64,000 nt of DNA from Eledone cirrhosa (GCA_964016885.1 OZ024740.1:93248001-93312000); one strand, 5' to 3'; shown: positions 42,636 through 58,786, counted from the first letter of the stretch. The notes: a model not told the origin generated them from the sequence alone. Program-made: numbers and translations.

Positions 42636-42788
42636 TCTACCTGGAGTTGCGACCGATAGATAGTACTAGAAACTGGAAAGACCGATGGAAACATTGTTTC
42701 CTCGGTTCGATTTGACGAAACATGATCGATTTAAAAATTGTTCCATATGTTTATTTTATATATATATATGTCAATCTATTTCTAGTTG

Positions 42789-42829
<41 letters not shown>

Positions 42830-42830
<1 letters not shown>

Positions 42831-43844
42831 CGGCGATGAATTAGTTTTGCGAGGTTTGTTTATATGAAATCGTGTGTCGAAACAAATATTGTTTTACTTG
42901 GGGAAGGTTATACTTGTGTAATATTGCCAGAATCAATAACAAAACACACTCACTGTTTGGTTGGTTTTCGCTTCTCGCTTCTGTGTCTTTTATATCGGTA
43001 ATCTAACTTACTCGGTCCTCAATGTTGCCATTGACTGACCGACGGTCAAACATAATACAGATACAATATAGACACAAACACATATATATAGTTTATCATA
43101 AATCTTTCGTTGCACATCTTGCAACATCCTCAGTGGTGTTATCGTTTCCTCCTGTTGTATTATATGTCTACGCAATTTTTATTCAGTCTGTCTATATATT
43201 TATTTATTTATTTGCTTGTTTGTTTATTTTATTTTGTCTTCTTTGCGCATGCGTTTGCGTGTGTGTAGTGTTTTGTTTGCTGTGTGATGGGTGACTAGTG
43301 TGTGTTTATGTGCTTGTTGTTATTGTGTTTGTCTATTTATTTATTTATTTATTTATTTTTTTAATTTTTTTTATTTACTTAGGTCAGTGTTGTTTGTTTG
43401 GGTGTTGTTGTTATTCCATTCATTCTTTCTGTTTAGTCTTGGCCTTCCAATTTCTATTTCACTGGCCTCTCTGATTTGCCTATCTGCTGGTTCATTTCTA
43501 TGTTTAGATATTATTCTAATTTCTATGTTGTCTATGTTACCGTCATGTTGTTGTCTAGCATGTTTGTATAGTACTGACCTATTTTTTTGTCCTTTTAATT
43601 CCCCCCAGTATTGGTCTATCCTTTCACCTATGCTACGAGCTGTCTCACCTATGTATGTTGTTGTCTTGTTTCTGCAAGTATCCTCTGTACACCTTATGCT
43701 ATAGACTATGTTTCTAATTTTACAGTTTATCCGGGGGTTTACCTTACATATGATACACTTCCTATTGGTAGAGTGGGTTTTCTTAAAAGTGTGTTCTGTT
43801 ATTAATTCTGGCAATATTACACAAATATGACCCTCCCCAAGTAT

Positions 43845-43845
<1 letters not shown>
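42830..43845 (-). mobile_element. PLE 3' fragment (GIY-YIG plus pLTR) between (TA)n tracts
   Basis: ORF 43371-43814: CIICK..NIVYSIRC..TYIGETARSIGERI..RQIREASEI..LNRKNEW. Confidence 0.88.
43096..43136 (-). ncRNA. Minimal type I hammerhead with canonical core
   Basis: CCA-CTGAGGA-T-GTTGCA agatg TGCAAC-GAAA-GATT-TA-TGA, downstream of the GIY-YIG ORF on the same strand. Confidence 0.75.
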
Positions 43846-43892
<47 letters not shown>

Positions 43893-43895
<3 letters not shown>

Positions 43896-44647
43896 GAAAC
43901 ACACAGATACATGCGGACACACACATATATACATGAATGCATCCGCACCCAACTGTGAGTTAAGGGTGCCAACTTCACCGATGTTGCTCAATGAATGACT
44001 GGGACAGACCAATTCAGTTGAACTAGACTGAACCAGTATCAGAGTTAAAAATACATTATGAAGAGAGAAGAAACATTTAGATATAATTAGTAATAAAATG
44101 TATCATACCTAAACTGCTCCTAAATTCCTCGACTACGTAGTTTCGTGGCATAAACAAAAACAATATATCAAAGATATAGAGTCCTTGCGAGGTCTGCCGA
44201 CTTATCAAGAGGATATCTCATTTTACTAGTCTCAAGAACGCGTCTACACGACGTGAGAAAGAATCCCAAAAGGCGGAGGGGGAGATAGTCACGCGATACT
44301 TCTCGCCTTCTTCACTACCTCTTCTACGGCCTCGATATGAATACCCCCTCCGCCTCCGTGGTATTTTCTTCGTGGTTATAAGAGGCTTAGCTCTGTTTCT
44401 CGACTGTTATATCGCGTGACTATCTCCCCCTCCGCCTTTTGGGATTCTTTCTCACGTCGTGTAGACGCGTTCTTGAGACTAGTAAAATGAGGTATCCTCT
44501 TGATAAGTCGGCAGACCTCGCAAGGACTCTATATCTTTGATATATTGTTTTGTTTATGCCACGAAACTACGTAGTCGAGGAATTTAGGAGCAGTTTAGGT
44601 ATGATACATTTTATTACTAATTATATCTAAATGTTTCTTCTCTCTTC

Positions 44648-44652
<5 letters not shown>
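43893..44652. mobile_element. Fold-back HHR element in (TA)n (same family as 58787-59765)
   Basis: Arms ~44055-44297 and ~44410-44652 are nearly identical inverted copies; each carries an HHR. Confidence 0.88.
44495..44581 (+). ncRNA. Type I HHR, U3-A8 core, long stem II (mirror copy 44126-44213 on minus)
   Basis: TCCTC-TTGATAA-GTcGGCA...TGCCAC-GAAA-CTACGTAG-TC-GAGGA. Confidence 0.8.
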
Positions 44653-44691
<39 letters not shown>

Positions 44692-44694
44692 ACA

Positions 44695-45482
44695 ATAGGG
44701 AGAAAAAGACGAATTTTAGGAAGAAAAATATTGTTTCCTTTTATTGTTTTCTCTTTTTTCTGGGTTAGAAAATGTTTAGAACAAAATATTTTAATTTGTG
44801 TGAAGTGTTAAGATATTAGGTAATTTATTTATTATTTAACAATAGCATTTATTTATTTATTTATACATTTAATAATTGTCTATTACCGGTTTCATCATTT
44901 GATGCACTATCAAAGGAGGGGGGGGGGTATTGGTGTGAAATGTTGGTGATGTTGAACATGTTCGGGAAATGGGGAAGAAAGAATAATATTATTTACAAAC
45001 AAGGTTTTTGAAGTGAAAAAAAAAGAGGGGGTGATGTGGAACATGATAAGGTAATGGGAACGGATAATATTATTTGCAGGCATAGGTCTTGAGGAACTAT
45101 GCATGTAAATAATATTATTCTTTTCCATTACCTTATCATGTTCCACATAACCCTCTTTTTTTTTTTTTTCTTTTCACTTCAAAAACCTTGTTTGTAAATA
45201 ATATTATTCTTTCTTCCCCATTTTCTTAACATCACCAACATTTCACACCAATACAAATTCCCCCCTTTGATAATGCATAACATGCTGAAACCGGTAATAG
45301 ACAATTATTAAATATATAAATAAATAAATAAATACCATTGTTAATTCATAAATAAATTAACTAATACCCTTCACACAAAGTAAAATATTTTGTTTGAAAC
45401 ATGTTCTAACCCAGAAAAAAGAGAAAAAATAAAAGGAAAAACAAATATTTTTCTTCCTAATAATCGTCTTTTTCTCCCTATT
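44695..45482. mobile_element. ~790 bp diverged palindrome in (TA)n with a minimal HHR-like motif (45263-45300 on plus; mirror ~44881-44917)
   Basis: Arms of ~390 bp centred near 45090; TTGATAA-T-GCAT aac ATGC-T-GAAA-CCGG-TA, with a poor stem I. Confidence 0.8.
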
Positions 45483-45536
45483 CTCATATATATATATATA
45501 TTCCAACTCGTGTGCTCCTACTCCATATGTTGTAAT

Positions 45537-45625
<89 letters not shown>

Positions 45626-46097
45626 TATGGGTGTATGCGCGTGTGTGTGTGTGGGGGTGTGTGGGTGTGTGTGTGTGTGTGTAAATAGAATTTGCTTGAT
45701 TAAAATAACAGGAGGTCGGACTGGTAAAGTTCCTTTAATATTTTATTCTTGCAAAAACACTATATACATATTCCAATGTGCGTGTTAATTAATATCCTGG
45801 CGACATCATCAGGTTAGTTTGCATAATTAATCAATCAATGGACGAATTACGCCAAACAGAAACAGAAATAGTACAAATAGAGAAAATATTTCATACGGAG
45901 ATGGAATGTGTCAATAAAAGCACCTTGTTTGTTAGCCATCTCCGAATCATCTATGTTTGTATTATCTCTGTTTGTTTTGCCGTTATTACTGTATTGATTA
46001 GCTGAATATGCCATACATGCCTCATGATTTCAGCAGGACCTTACGTAACCCAGACATTGAAATATGTATAGTGTTTACAACAATAAATATTTAAGGG

Positions 46098-47011
<914 letters not shown>

Positions 47012-47380
47012 TTGTGTGTTTGCGTGTGTATGTATATGTGTGTGTGTGTGTGCGTGTGTTTTTCTTGTGCGTGTTTTGGAGGCATTCTATACAATTTATA
47101 TATTGAATTATTACGACATGTGTTTAGCCGAATATTGAATGATACTCTCATATGCTACATTCGATGTCCTGAAATGTACTATTTCGAATTGAGTAGCGAA
47201 TAGTTTTTCAGAAACGTACATTTGATTTGGTACTCAATTTCATTTGTTCTGTTATAACGGATGTTAATAGTTCCATCGTATGCCAAATCTAAACATCGAT
47301 TACACAATGTTTACTACATGATGATATCATTATATATATAAAAACAGAGAGAGTGGGAGAGATAGCGAGAAAGAGAGATA

Positions 47381-47495
<115 letters not shown>

Positions 47496-50043
47496 AGCGA
47501 AAGTAGGTGAGAGAGAAGGGTAAAAGGTTAGAGAGAAACTAAAAGCTGTTTAGACACCAACTTAATGTGTAGAATATAAAAAAAAATTACTTTTACAAAC
47601 TAAATCAGAAACCAGGATTTCTTTTTTTTCGAGGGTAAATATGTTTACTCTAAAAGTGAGCAAAAAAAAAAAATATATATTTGCCAAGAATGTTGCCCTT
47701 ACCATTATTATATTATGTTTTTAACTTATAATGATTTTCTACATATTTTGCTTTTGGTATTTTTCTCGGGAAATGAAAATGAATTGAACGAAAACATCGA
47801 ATGTCTTACTGTGCACTAGTATTGAATTTGATATTGACTTATTTTAAAATAACTGAAATAAAAACAGGAAATCTTGCTCTTGGGCAATATTATCGAGCGA
47901 GAAATTGAACCTAACTTTGCGTTAACAAGTAAAAAGGTAAACAAAAAATAATTGTGTGTGCGATTTTCGCTCATTATTCAATTGAGTTCCAGTTATCCTG
48001 TTTTGAAACTCTTAAAATCAGTGCTATGCAATGCAGTGCAACTTTAATGAGGAACATATCACTCCCCACTCCATTATTGTCATAAAAAATAAGCATAATC
48101 ATTATATTCATGATCAGCTCCACAGTCGCCACCAACACCGATTAATTCCTACAACCACCACTACTGCAACATCTAACCTAATCATCACCATTGTTATCAT
48201 AATAATCATTATCAACAACAACATCAATACATCATCAGTATTCCCATTCCGGGGTAATAAGCTTTCACGCCCCTACATTCAAAACGTAAATAAGTGTTTT
48301 TTTGATCACAATGATTTCTTTTTCTGGCAAAATGTTTACGTTATTTTAAGTTGATAACAGAGCCTTTTATAAATAAAAGTGTGTGCCACGGGTTACTTAC
48401 ATAAATGTTTCATACGAATTCAGTAACTGCATCAGTATGTACATAACATTTGTTAGTTGCATTACGTAACTGATGCATTACTAATATTCTCACATATATG
48501 AGAAGGAAAATGAATATATTCATTTCCAGCCATGATATTTACATTACAATAAAGAATAACAAACATCGATACTGTTTTAGCATAAATACATATCAATAAT
48601 TATTTTCATTATTACATATAACCCAAGCGCAATATACACTTACATATGTATATCAGTGACCACTATATGGTCATTTTAGTCCCCTCCCACTCAGTTTTAT
48701 ATGATGATGTATATATAATTTCATTATATAAATATACCTCATGTCAATCCTCAACTGACCGGGTGCAAAAAATATACAAAATACAATTATCCAAATTAAT
48801 ACATTACAAATTAGAATACATATGTGTTACCAGGTCAAACTCACTGTCAACAGCATTTCAACAGCCATTCCAAAACATATACCCAGCAAGTGGGCAGTGT
48901 ACACACGCAGAAACAATGATGACTGTACTATTCGACCCACCAACAGCTGCCACCAAATTACACCAAGACAGGCACAAACTTAAACACAACATAATAGAAA
49001 TATAGTAATTTGTACGCATACAGAAGAGGTCATATATAAACACATATAAACACAGAAATAGCACACTCAAAACCTATTATGTACACGCAATCACTCACCA
49101 ATACGCCATTAAAACAGACCAATATAACTGTTGCACAATAACAACAACGCTTACGCGGACAATCCATATACATGTTAATATATATCAAAGAGAGAGGGGG
49201 ATAGATTTTGTGCTAAAGAAATCGCCTGGTGCCGTGGGCGGTATTATGTATATCCCTTTCTTATTCAGTCTTATTTATCTAAATTTCTCACTAACATTAT
49301 TTTCTTCATGGAAGAAGCAAATTATTGGAATAATCCGTAAGGAGACTTTGTAAAAACTAAGTGGCTCTATTGATCATTAATTCAAATTTGATATTTAATA
49401 TTGCTTCTCCGAGTGATATCTTATCTACGTATATATGGTACCTCGTTCAAGCACAAGATATAGCAGCCTGTTCCACTTCATGCGTATGAGTGCGCCCTGG
49501 TGATTGTAGTCCAACGTAGTTGTTAGAAGAAACCATTTTCTCGCAATCGACGGTGTCAAGTCAGTTTCGTTCTATGCTTTAGCTCTCGGTCACGAGAGGT
49601 ATAAATGTGTTGTGTGAATGAAGATTTGGAGGTGTTTGTTGTCATACTATGTATGCGTTTATCGTCATACTATGTATGCTTTTATCATTATACAATGTAT
49701 GCGTTTGTTGTCATACGATGTATGCGGTACTCTACGTGATGTTGGTGACCACACATTTTATGAGACATTGATAGTTTGGCATTTGAAGTCCAGCGGGGAG
49801 TCTACAGAGTGGCGGCAATTGCAGTTTTGAATTATTACGACATGCCTTTAGCTGAATGTTGAGTGATGCGCTCAAATGCTTCATTCGATGTCCCGAAATG
49901 TACCAAATCGAATTGAGTTGGATGGCCTGCGGGATCCGTGACTTTTGCGTTTCCTTCTCTTAGATGCATCGATGCTCTCTGGTATATTTTGTGATTTTGA
50001 GTAGGATAGCTTCAGGCCTGTTTTTATTGAAAATGATATGGTT

Positions 50044-50124
<81 letters not shown>

Positions 50125-50739
50125 TGCATACATACATACATGTACATGTATAGTTTTCAATATGATTGTGAATATATGATTAAACGAAGGTATGTGAATG
50201 TGTATGTATGTGTCTGTGTATTTGTTTGTATGGGTGCACATGGATATATACATGTCCATGTATGAATGTGCTTCTGAATGTTTGTGCATAACTTACCGTC
50301 TCATTTATCCAGTTACTCAATTATTTGCACTTTACATTTTAGCTCCTTTAATGAAAGGAATAATTGATTTATTTAATTATGTATTTGTATGTAAAATCTT
50401 CCAAAGCTCTCCTCTATCAATGCATTTACTGGCCTGCATGTAGTATGCATACACATACTACACTTAATAATATAACTTTATCACAGGTTATCAACCCATA
50501 TTTTCCAATTTATCTATGTTATTACCTTATTATATCGTATGCATTAATATTCTTAATAATGTAATTAACCTTTTGCTACTTTACTTCTATATGACCAATT
50601 TTCTAAAATGATATGCCTTATTCCTAAGTATACTGCTTCTACCACTAAGTTATGTCTAGGCAAAGACTTACGCCGCACCAACTCCACCCCTATCCACATG
50701 TCCATTGTACACATTCTCCTCGTTATCTACTCCTAAAAC

Positions 50740-52118
50740 CATGGGTTAGATACTGCATCAACAAAACTGCTCTGTGTTCAACAATCCTGATATGGCTGAT
50801 CTGGGCCGTATCAGTGATGTTAATTCCCAACACACTATATCGGACATAACGTTTGCCACATCTGCTGTCTTAGCGGCAATAAAGGAAACTAAAGACAATT
50901 CAGCAGTAGTTCCTGCTTGTCGCCTAAAGGTGTGTCGACACCAACTTGTATCACTGCTTGTTAATCTGCGGAGGAATTCACTGGATGCTGGATATATACC
51001 AGAGCATTTACTATCCCAGTATGTTGTCCAGTTTTCAAAGAGGGAAACAAATCCCTTGATGTGAATTACCGTCCCATCTCACTCACCTCTCATGTCATTA
51101 AGATATTTGAGAGGGTGGTGAGATCACGAATACCTCACTTTCCCGAAAGCAGAAATATGCTGAACCCCAACCAAAATGGGTTCTGTATTGGAAGAGATTA
51201 CCTCACGCATCTACTGCTTCACTTTGATCACATTTTGAGAGATTTGTGAGATGGTTCCAACACTGACGTCATCTACCTTGATTTCAGCAAGAGCATACAT
51301 TTAAGTTAATCCACTTGGAAAAGTGGATCCCCTGAAACTGCCATACTCCCTTCTATCTGGTGAAATTCTCATGGCATCCAACAATATCAGAGACTTAGGA
51401 GTTATCGTGGACAACAACATAAGCTGGGCGACTCATATGAACAGCAAATTTGACATGAACCGCAGAATCTGTTCCTGAATTCTCAAGACTTTCCACTCGA
51501 GAGATCCCCACATTTTATCCTTCCCGTCTCCACTTTTGCCCGACTAGACAATGAATAATGTTGTCCAGTGTGGTCTCCACACACGAAACAAAGCATCATG
51601 AAAATGGAAGCTCCTCAAATGTCAATCATGAAAAAGATAGATGGTATTCCAGGCTTTGGCTATTGGGGCCGACTAGAAAAACTCTATTCTCTCTAACGCC
51701 GTCATGATCGCTACATTACCTATATGCTGTGGAAAATATTCCATCATCATTTCTCGAATGTGGTTGGCATCACATTTAAACTACACCCAAGGCTTGAGTC
51801 CTGTGCTAGCCGTCAACAACAAAAATCTTACTCGGCAAATTATTTCACCTCAATGGTCTCGCTCCTCTTCAACATTACACCATAACAAATTAAAATAGAA
51901 ACATACCCCATGACGTTCAATAAGACTTTGGACAAATTACTTCAACAAATCCCGGATAAACCCCCTACACCATGATATGTCTCCGCAAACAATAACTCCG
52001 TTCTTGATTGGGCTAAGTTGTCTAAATCCGTATTTTAAAGATTTCGCCAGGTGGTGCTATTAAGTTAGACATGGCCTGGGGCAGTACTGGCCGAAAACTA
52101 TCAAAGTTATCAAAGTTA
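50740..52118 (+). mobile_element. Degenerate CR1-group LINE, same family as 2308-4420
   Basis: NYRPISLTSHVIKIFERVV, DVIYLDFSK, RDLGVIVD; shared 3' end GCTATTAAGTTAGACATG. Confidence 0.8.
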
Positions 52119-52179
52119 TATTTGTTTATATGATGGCTGCAAACTCGTGTACGAGCATTGCCATCACTTGATAGAATGC

Positions 52180-54730
52180 TCAAAAACGCGAGGCATGAAT
52201 GTGGTTCTTTAAACCAGCCAAAGACTTGCAACGTCTGGCACATATATGGCAAATCTAGGTTCTTCCCAGACTTTCCATTGTTTTGATCTGGCGGTGTGTT
52301 CTCATGTGTCTTTTGAGACCTCACATGCTAACATATCCCTTGCACCTTTTCAGATCATAATCTAAATAAGGTCTACTAATATGACTTTGTTCGTGCCTAG
52401 TCAAAACATCTTTACACAGCCAGACTCGACCATAGTGCTGGGATACCAGATGATGTTCAACAGCAGGCAGTTCAGAACAGTCTTCCTTCCTAACTTCCTT
52501 TTCAGTGTAAGGTGTTCTCTCCTGACGAGTTTCAAAGTGTTCACTACCTGACTTGATCAAACGTCTCCACTTCACTCGCTTCTCAGTCATTTTCTCCCAT
52601 TCGTCAGATGAAATTGCAGCACAAGCCAAGGTGGCCCTGTCACAGTCCCGGTACCACATTTTTGGTTTGTGTGGTGGTCTCCTTCCTTCACACAGTTTTC
52701 CGTAGGTAAATTCCTTTGGAATGCGATCATCAGACATCCGGAACACGTGTCCACACCACATCAACCGGTGCCGAAAGCTCATATTCTCTGTATTCACGAA
52801 CCAACTCCGTTCGAGAACTTCCAAATCACTGTCGAACATTTTCCATCGCACCCCAAGTAAGTTGCGAAGAGATTGTTGATGAAATCTCTCCAGTTTCCTA
52901 AGGTGTTTGTGTATGACTCACGTTTCACAAGCATAAAGCAAAGAGGAGACAACACAAGTTGGATACACTTTCACCTTTGTTTCGATAGTGATACCTCATG
53001 GAGTCTTCCAAAAGCCTCACAGGAATTGTTGATTCGTAAAGATATTTAATCATCCAGTGTGCATGAATTGTTCAGCATATTATCAAGGTATACAAACTTG
53101 CCATCAAATGTTAGCCTCTATCTGTACAGGTATACACTTGGTGTAGTGTACTCTTTTCCAGGTACTTGCTGATACATCAAAACAGTCTTTTCCAAGCTTA
53201 TTCTGAGGCCCAACATGCTTCAAGCCTCAAAAAAAGAGTTCATATCATGCTGCATATCACATTGTGAGTGTGCAAACAGACCGCATACAAAACCTCTCTG
53301 ATTCTAGATGTGCTTGCGCCAAAGCATCTGATGTTGAATAACCTTTCTGAAGTGCGATACCTGATGTAAACGTCATGCGAAAAATTCTTACTGAATGCAT
53401 TGAGAAACACTATCGTAAAATATAGGAAAAACAGTGTTGCAGCCAGAATATCCCCCGCTTCACTCCATTTTAAACAGAAATTGGTTCAGAGATGCTACCA
53501 CCAATACTGACCCAAGCCTTCATTCCATCATGACAACGACGGAGAATATTCACAAGCGTTGAAGACATGCAAGCTTTTTCAAAATTTTCCCCAATACAGG
53601 TCCATTGACGGTGTCAATGTACTTTGTCAAGTGAACAAAGACCTGGTAAATGTCCATACATTGTTCGATACACTTTTCTTGCAGCTGCCTTGCTGAGGAG
53701 TGCATATCCACTTTTCAACATTCGTTTCTGAACCCACACTATGACTTTGGCAACAATCCTGAGCAGCGCTTGATATCAATCTATCCATCAAAATTCGGCA
53801 CATGACTTTAATATCTCCAGAGAGACCGTTGAGATCAAAAGATAGCAAGCAGTTACTGCGCGATCGAAAACACATACTCGACATATGGAGAGATCACTTA
53901 TATGAGCTCTTAAACCAGCCATCCCACCATGATGATGATTTCATTTGCTCCATTACTATTGAACGACTAAAGCATGAGATGGTTGATGTACCTTCTAGTT
54001 AAGAGGCAACTTATGCTGTAAATAAACTGAACGTTGGAAATTCTCCTAGTATGGATAATGTGAGTGCAGACGTGTTGAAGAGCGGTGGTGAAAACAGCGC
54101 CTGACTGACCTCTTGAAAAAGGTGTGGGAAAATGAGGATGTCCCACAAGATTTGAAGGATACACTCATGTATATATGGTGGCTGTCAACTCGTTTTCGAG
54201 TACGGCCACTACTTTATATCCATGTAGGAGAACCACTACCGATGCGCTGAACGAGTGTGACTTTGTAGTCCAGCCAGCAACTTGAAATCTCTGATACAAA
54301 CACTACACTTGTGACAATTATTGACACATAGTGCTGGGCCCATGGTACCATGCGACGACAAGTGCAGAGAGATCTCCAAATATAAATCCACGCCTGTGCC
54401 GTGAAGCTTTTATAGTGAGGAAAATCACTGCACAAAGACAGTCCCACTCTATTAACCAAGATGATATTTACCAAACAGAAGAACAAGTCAACATCATTGG
54501 ATAGCATCAGGGTTGCAGCTATTATATCAGAGTTTTCCTCTAGGATTCTGCCTTCACAAAGGCTAAGGGGTCATCTCTCCCGGTGATTTTGGATGGCCAA
54601 TGACGCTTAAGAGCTATTTTGACCTTTTACAGGTTTTGTTTTTAGTCCTGCAGCATGTCCAAAGTCACCCTCCTCACCAAGAAACCTTGGTAGGGTTGCG
54701 GATTTAGTCGCCAACGACCCGACCATGGGA
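52180..54730 (-). mobile_element. Degenerate RTE-clade LINE with an internal inverted segment (~53805-54170 on plus)
   Basis: RLMWCGHVFRMSDDRIPKEFTYGKLCEGRRPPHKPK on minus; ILDIWRDHLYELLNQPS on plus; endonuclease-like remnants at 54200-54500. Confidence 0.75.
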
Positions 54731-54870
54731 TAGGTTGTACTGTGATACATGTTACCAGTAGCACCAACTGGTGACCTGACAACATATATACATACTCACA
54801 CACACACACGCGCACGCGCACACTGGCATATATATATTTATATATATATATTGACTTATGTTTCGTACAC

Positions 54871-54951
<81 letters not shown>

Positions 54952-55601
54952 AGTTTATATATCTAGTTTATATAATTATTACATAATTATTGGAAAACGC
55001 AATACACGGACGAAAGCATGGTAGAGGTATTTAAATGTATTCTATTTTCTCCTAGTTTATTTTAAACCTAATTCTGCTTAGTTGACTGTATCTAGGCGAT
55101 TACGCTGTCGAAATATTCGATAAATATCCCGCTACGGCCGACGCGAAGCGCTAGTTTTGGTTATTTGTCGGAGATTCCTTCATAGAAGCCTCATTTGTAT
55201 AGCCCGGTCTATTCGATTTCATATATAGTTACTTATGCTAATTGGGAGAGGAAATAGTATATATTTTATCTCGTGATTCTATAGACATATTTTATGATAT
55301 ATAGCTCTGATTGTTTAATTTATTAATTTTTCATTGAGCCAAAAAGTGATCAGTTGCAAAACACGTATATGTATGTGTATGTATATATATATATGTAAAC
55401 TTTTATATGTAATAATCTCCCACTAGGTTGAGATACAAATTTGGCTGTATTGTGCTGTGCTTTCTATCAAAAATGCCACCAGTCGTAAGCAACTACCACA
55501 CCCCTTCCAACTTGACCGCGACTACGTCACGATTTTTAGCCATTTTGAAATGAATACTTGGCGCGATCGTTTTGGAAAATTTAATGTCTAGATATGAGCG
55601 A

Positions 55602-55689
55602 GCTTCCTGAAGAATCCGGCGCTCGAGTTTATATAGTTATTACATAATTATTGGAAAACTAAAAACACGGACGAAACCATAGTAGAGGT
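55602..55689 (+). ncRNA. Type I HHR with canonical CUGAAGA core and ~59 nt stem II
   Basis: GCTTC-CTGAAGA-ATCCG...CGGAC-GAAA-CCATAG-TA-GAGGT. Confidence 0.75.
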
Positions 55690-56259
55690 ATTTAAATGTA
55701 TTCTATTTTCTCCTAGTTTATTTTAAACCTAATTCTACTTAGTTGACTGTATGTAGGCGATTACGCTGTCGAAATATTCGATAAATTTCCCGCTACGGCC
55801 GACGCGAAGCGCTAGTTTTGGTTATTTGTCGGAGATTCCTTCATAGAAGCCTCATTCGTATAGCCTGGTCTATTCGATGTCATATATAGTTAATTATGCT
55901 AATTGGGAGAGGAAATAGTATATATTTTATCTTGTGATTCTATAGACATGTTTATGATATATAGCTCTGATTGTTTAATTTATTAATTTTTCATTGAGCC
56001 AAAAAGTGACCAGTTGCAAAACACGTATATGTATGTGTATGTATATATATATGTAAACTTTTATATGTAATAATCTCCCACTAGGTTGAGATACAAATTT
56101 GGCTGTATTGTGCTGTGCTTTCTATCAAAAATGCCACCAGTCGTAAGCAACTACCACACCCCTTCCAACTTGACCGCGACTACGTCACGATTTTTAGCCA
56201 TTTTGAAATGAATACTTGGCGCGATCGTTTTGGAAAATTTTATGTCTAGATATGAGCGA

Positions 56260-56347
56260 GCTTCCTGAAGAATCCGGCGCTCGAGTTTATATAATTATTA
56301 CATAATTATTGGAAAACTCAAAACACAGACGAAACCATAGTAGAGGT
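56260..56347 (+). ncRNA. Second HHR copy of the 660 bp repeat
   Basis: Same fold; inner GAGTTT/AAACTC and ATAATTAT/ATAATTAT hairpin. Confidence 0.7.
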
Positions 56348-56613
56348 ATTTAAATGTATTCTATTTTCTCCTAGTTTATTTTAAACCTAGTTCTACTTTC
56401 TTGACTGTATCTAGGCGATTACGCTCTCGAAATATTCGATAAATATCCCGCTACGGCCGACGCGATGCGCTAGTTTTGGTTATTTGTCGGAGATTCCTTC
56501 ATAGAAGCCTCATTCGTATAGCCTGGTCTATTCGATTTCATATATAGTTAATTATGCTCATTGGGAGAGGAAATAGTATATATTTTATCTTGTGATTCTA
56601 TAGACATGTTTTA

Positions 56614-56831
<218 letters not shown>

Positions 56832-57323
56832 TCCAGTAAAATGATAGTCGGCTGGACTGGTGAAATTCCTTCGAAGAATAAAGTAAACACAATTTAAATA
56901 AAGGAATAAAGTTAAGCACAATTCAAAAGGCTATAACGTGAGGGAACAGAGAAATATGTTTTTGACTCGAAGGCGATCAAGATGGCCAGTTGTTGACAAT
57001 TTGGCTGACCGCCTTCGGGTGGCAATTCTCATCAACTTTGCCTTACCGGTTTACAGTAGGGTGTAGGCTTAGTTTGGCTATGAGAAACGTCTAGAGGCTC
57101 ATTCTCCACGTGAATAGAGCGTCAGTACAGGTGGTCGGTGAAGTAACGTATGCCAGGTACTTATTAATTACAAATTCTAGTCATGTTAATGATCCTAATG
57201 ATAGGGTTGTGTTAAGGTAAACGTAATACGCAAAATAATATTAAATTAAAGTGTACTACATATTGTTTTGTGTTTTTTGGTTTGCTCGATATTACATTCC
57301 TACGCGGTGTGAGGCTATATTTA

Positions 57324-57371
<48 letters not shown>

Positions 57372-57376
<5 letters not shown>

Positions 57377-58228
57377 TTCAAAAGTAACCAGTTTTAAAGA
57401 GAGAGATGGAGATAGTAGATGAGATATGAGAGGAGAGATTGGTGAGTTAGTTAGAAGCCAAAGCGTAAAGGCATGTGCTCAATGTGCAATATGCAGTAGA
57501 ATGCAGCTATGTGGCTGGGTTCATGCAGAGGTTAGGTGCGCTGAGCTGGAAATATTCATTAGTTAAGCAAAACAAGGCCACAAACATCACAAGGAAGACA
57601 TTATTAAAAGATTGTCAACATATTTTAGTTTGATGTAAGGCATGTAGAGAATAATAATAATAATTGTTTCTATTTTAGGCACAAGGCCAACAATTACCCA
57701 GTGCATTACTGGTACTTTATTTTATAGACCCCGTAAGGATGAAAGGCAAAGTCAAACTCGGCGGGATTTGAACTCAGATCGTAAAGGGACGTAACTATGC
57801 TGGAAAGCATGGCGTCCGACGCTCTACCGATACTGCCAATCCACCGCCCTAGAGAATAATAATAATAATATTAATAATAATAATGTCCGTTTACAATTGT
57901 TTCGCTACTCCATATCATATTTCTGGATCAGATGATTATATATCATAATTGATCTGGTTCAGTTGAAAATAATTAACATATTTAAAAAACAGAGTGGCTC
58001 ATCGGAATGTTAATTATTTTCAATTGAACCTGATCAATTATGATATATAATCATCTGATCCAGAAATATTATATGGAGTAGCGAAACAATTGTAAACGGA
58101 CATTATTATTATTAATATTATTATTATTGTTCTATACATTCCTTACATCAATCTAAAATATGTTGACAATTTTTTAATAATGACTTCCTTGTGAAGGTTG
58201 TGGCCTTGATTTGCTTAACTAATGAATA
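57372..58228. mobile_element. Solo fold-back pLTR of the 16053-19560 PLE family in (TA)n, with HHR at 57889-58007 (minus)
   Basis: 57372-57660 matches ~19270-19560; 58007-58228 is an inverted copy of ~57555-57980 without the SINE. Confidence 0.85.
57664..57849 (-). mobile_element. tRNA-derived SINE with TSD
   Basis: Same family; TAGAGAATAATAATAATAAT duplicated. Confidence 0.9.
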
Positions 58229-58230
58229 TA

Positions 58231-58353
<123 letters not shown>

Positions 58354-58357
58354 GTAC

Positions 58358-58415
<58 letters not shown>

Positions 58416-58417
<2 letters not shown>

Positions 58418-58620
58418 CGAAGGAGGTGTGGTAACGAAGCAGTTTGTGGCCTTGATTTGCTTAACTAATGAATATTAACGGAGCAGATGGACAATAACGC
58501 ACCATACTACTCAATACATATGGTAGTAGAATGGGTAATAGGGAAATGTTTAACCCCGACGGCAGAGCTCAAGCTGTTTCGAAACGTCTTGAGCTCTGTC
58601 GTTTGGGCTAAACTTTTTCT
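58416..58620 (-). mobile_element. Short fold-back element, family of 4459-4640
   Basis: Reverse-complement similarity to 4520-4640; palindrome centred on TTTCGAAA at ~58580; (TA)n flanks. Confidence 0.7.
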
Positions 58621-58626
58621 TATATA

Positions 58627-58759
<133 letters not shown>

Positions 58760-58786
58760 TGGCAGAGAGAAACTCACAGATATTTG

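Noticed and set aside
45770-45815. Minus-strand CTGATGA within an inverted repeat
   Set aside because: GGAA instead of GAAA and no stem I.
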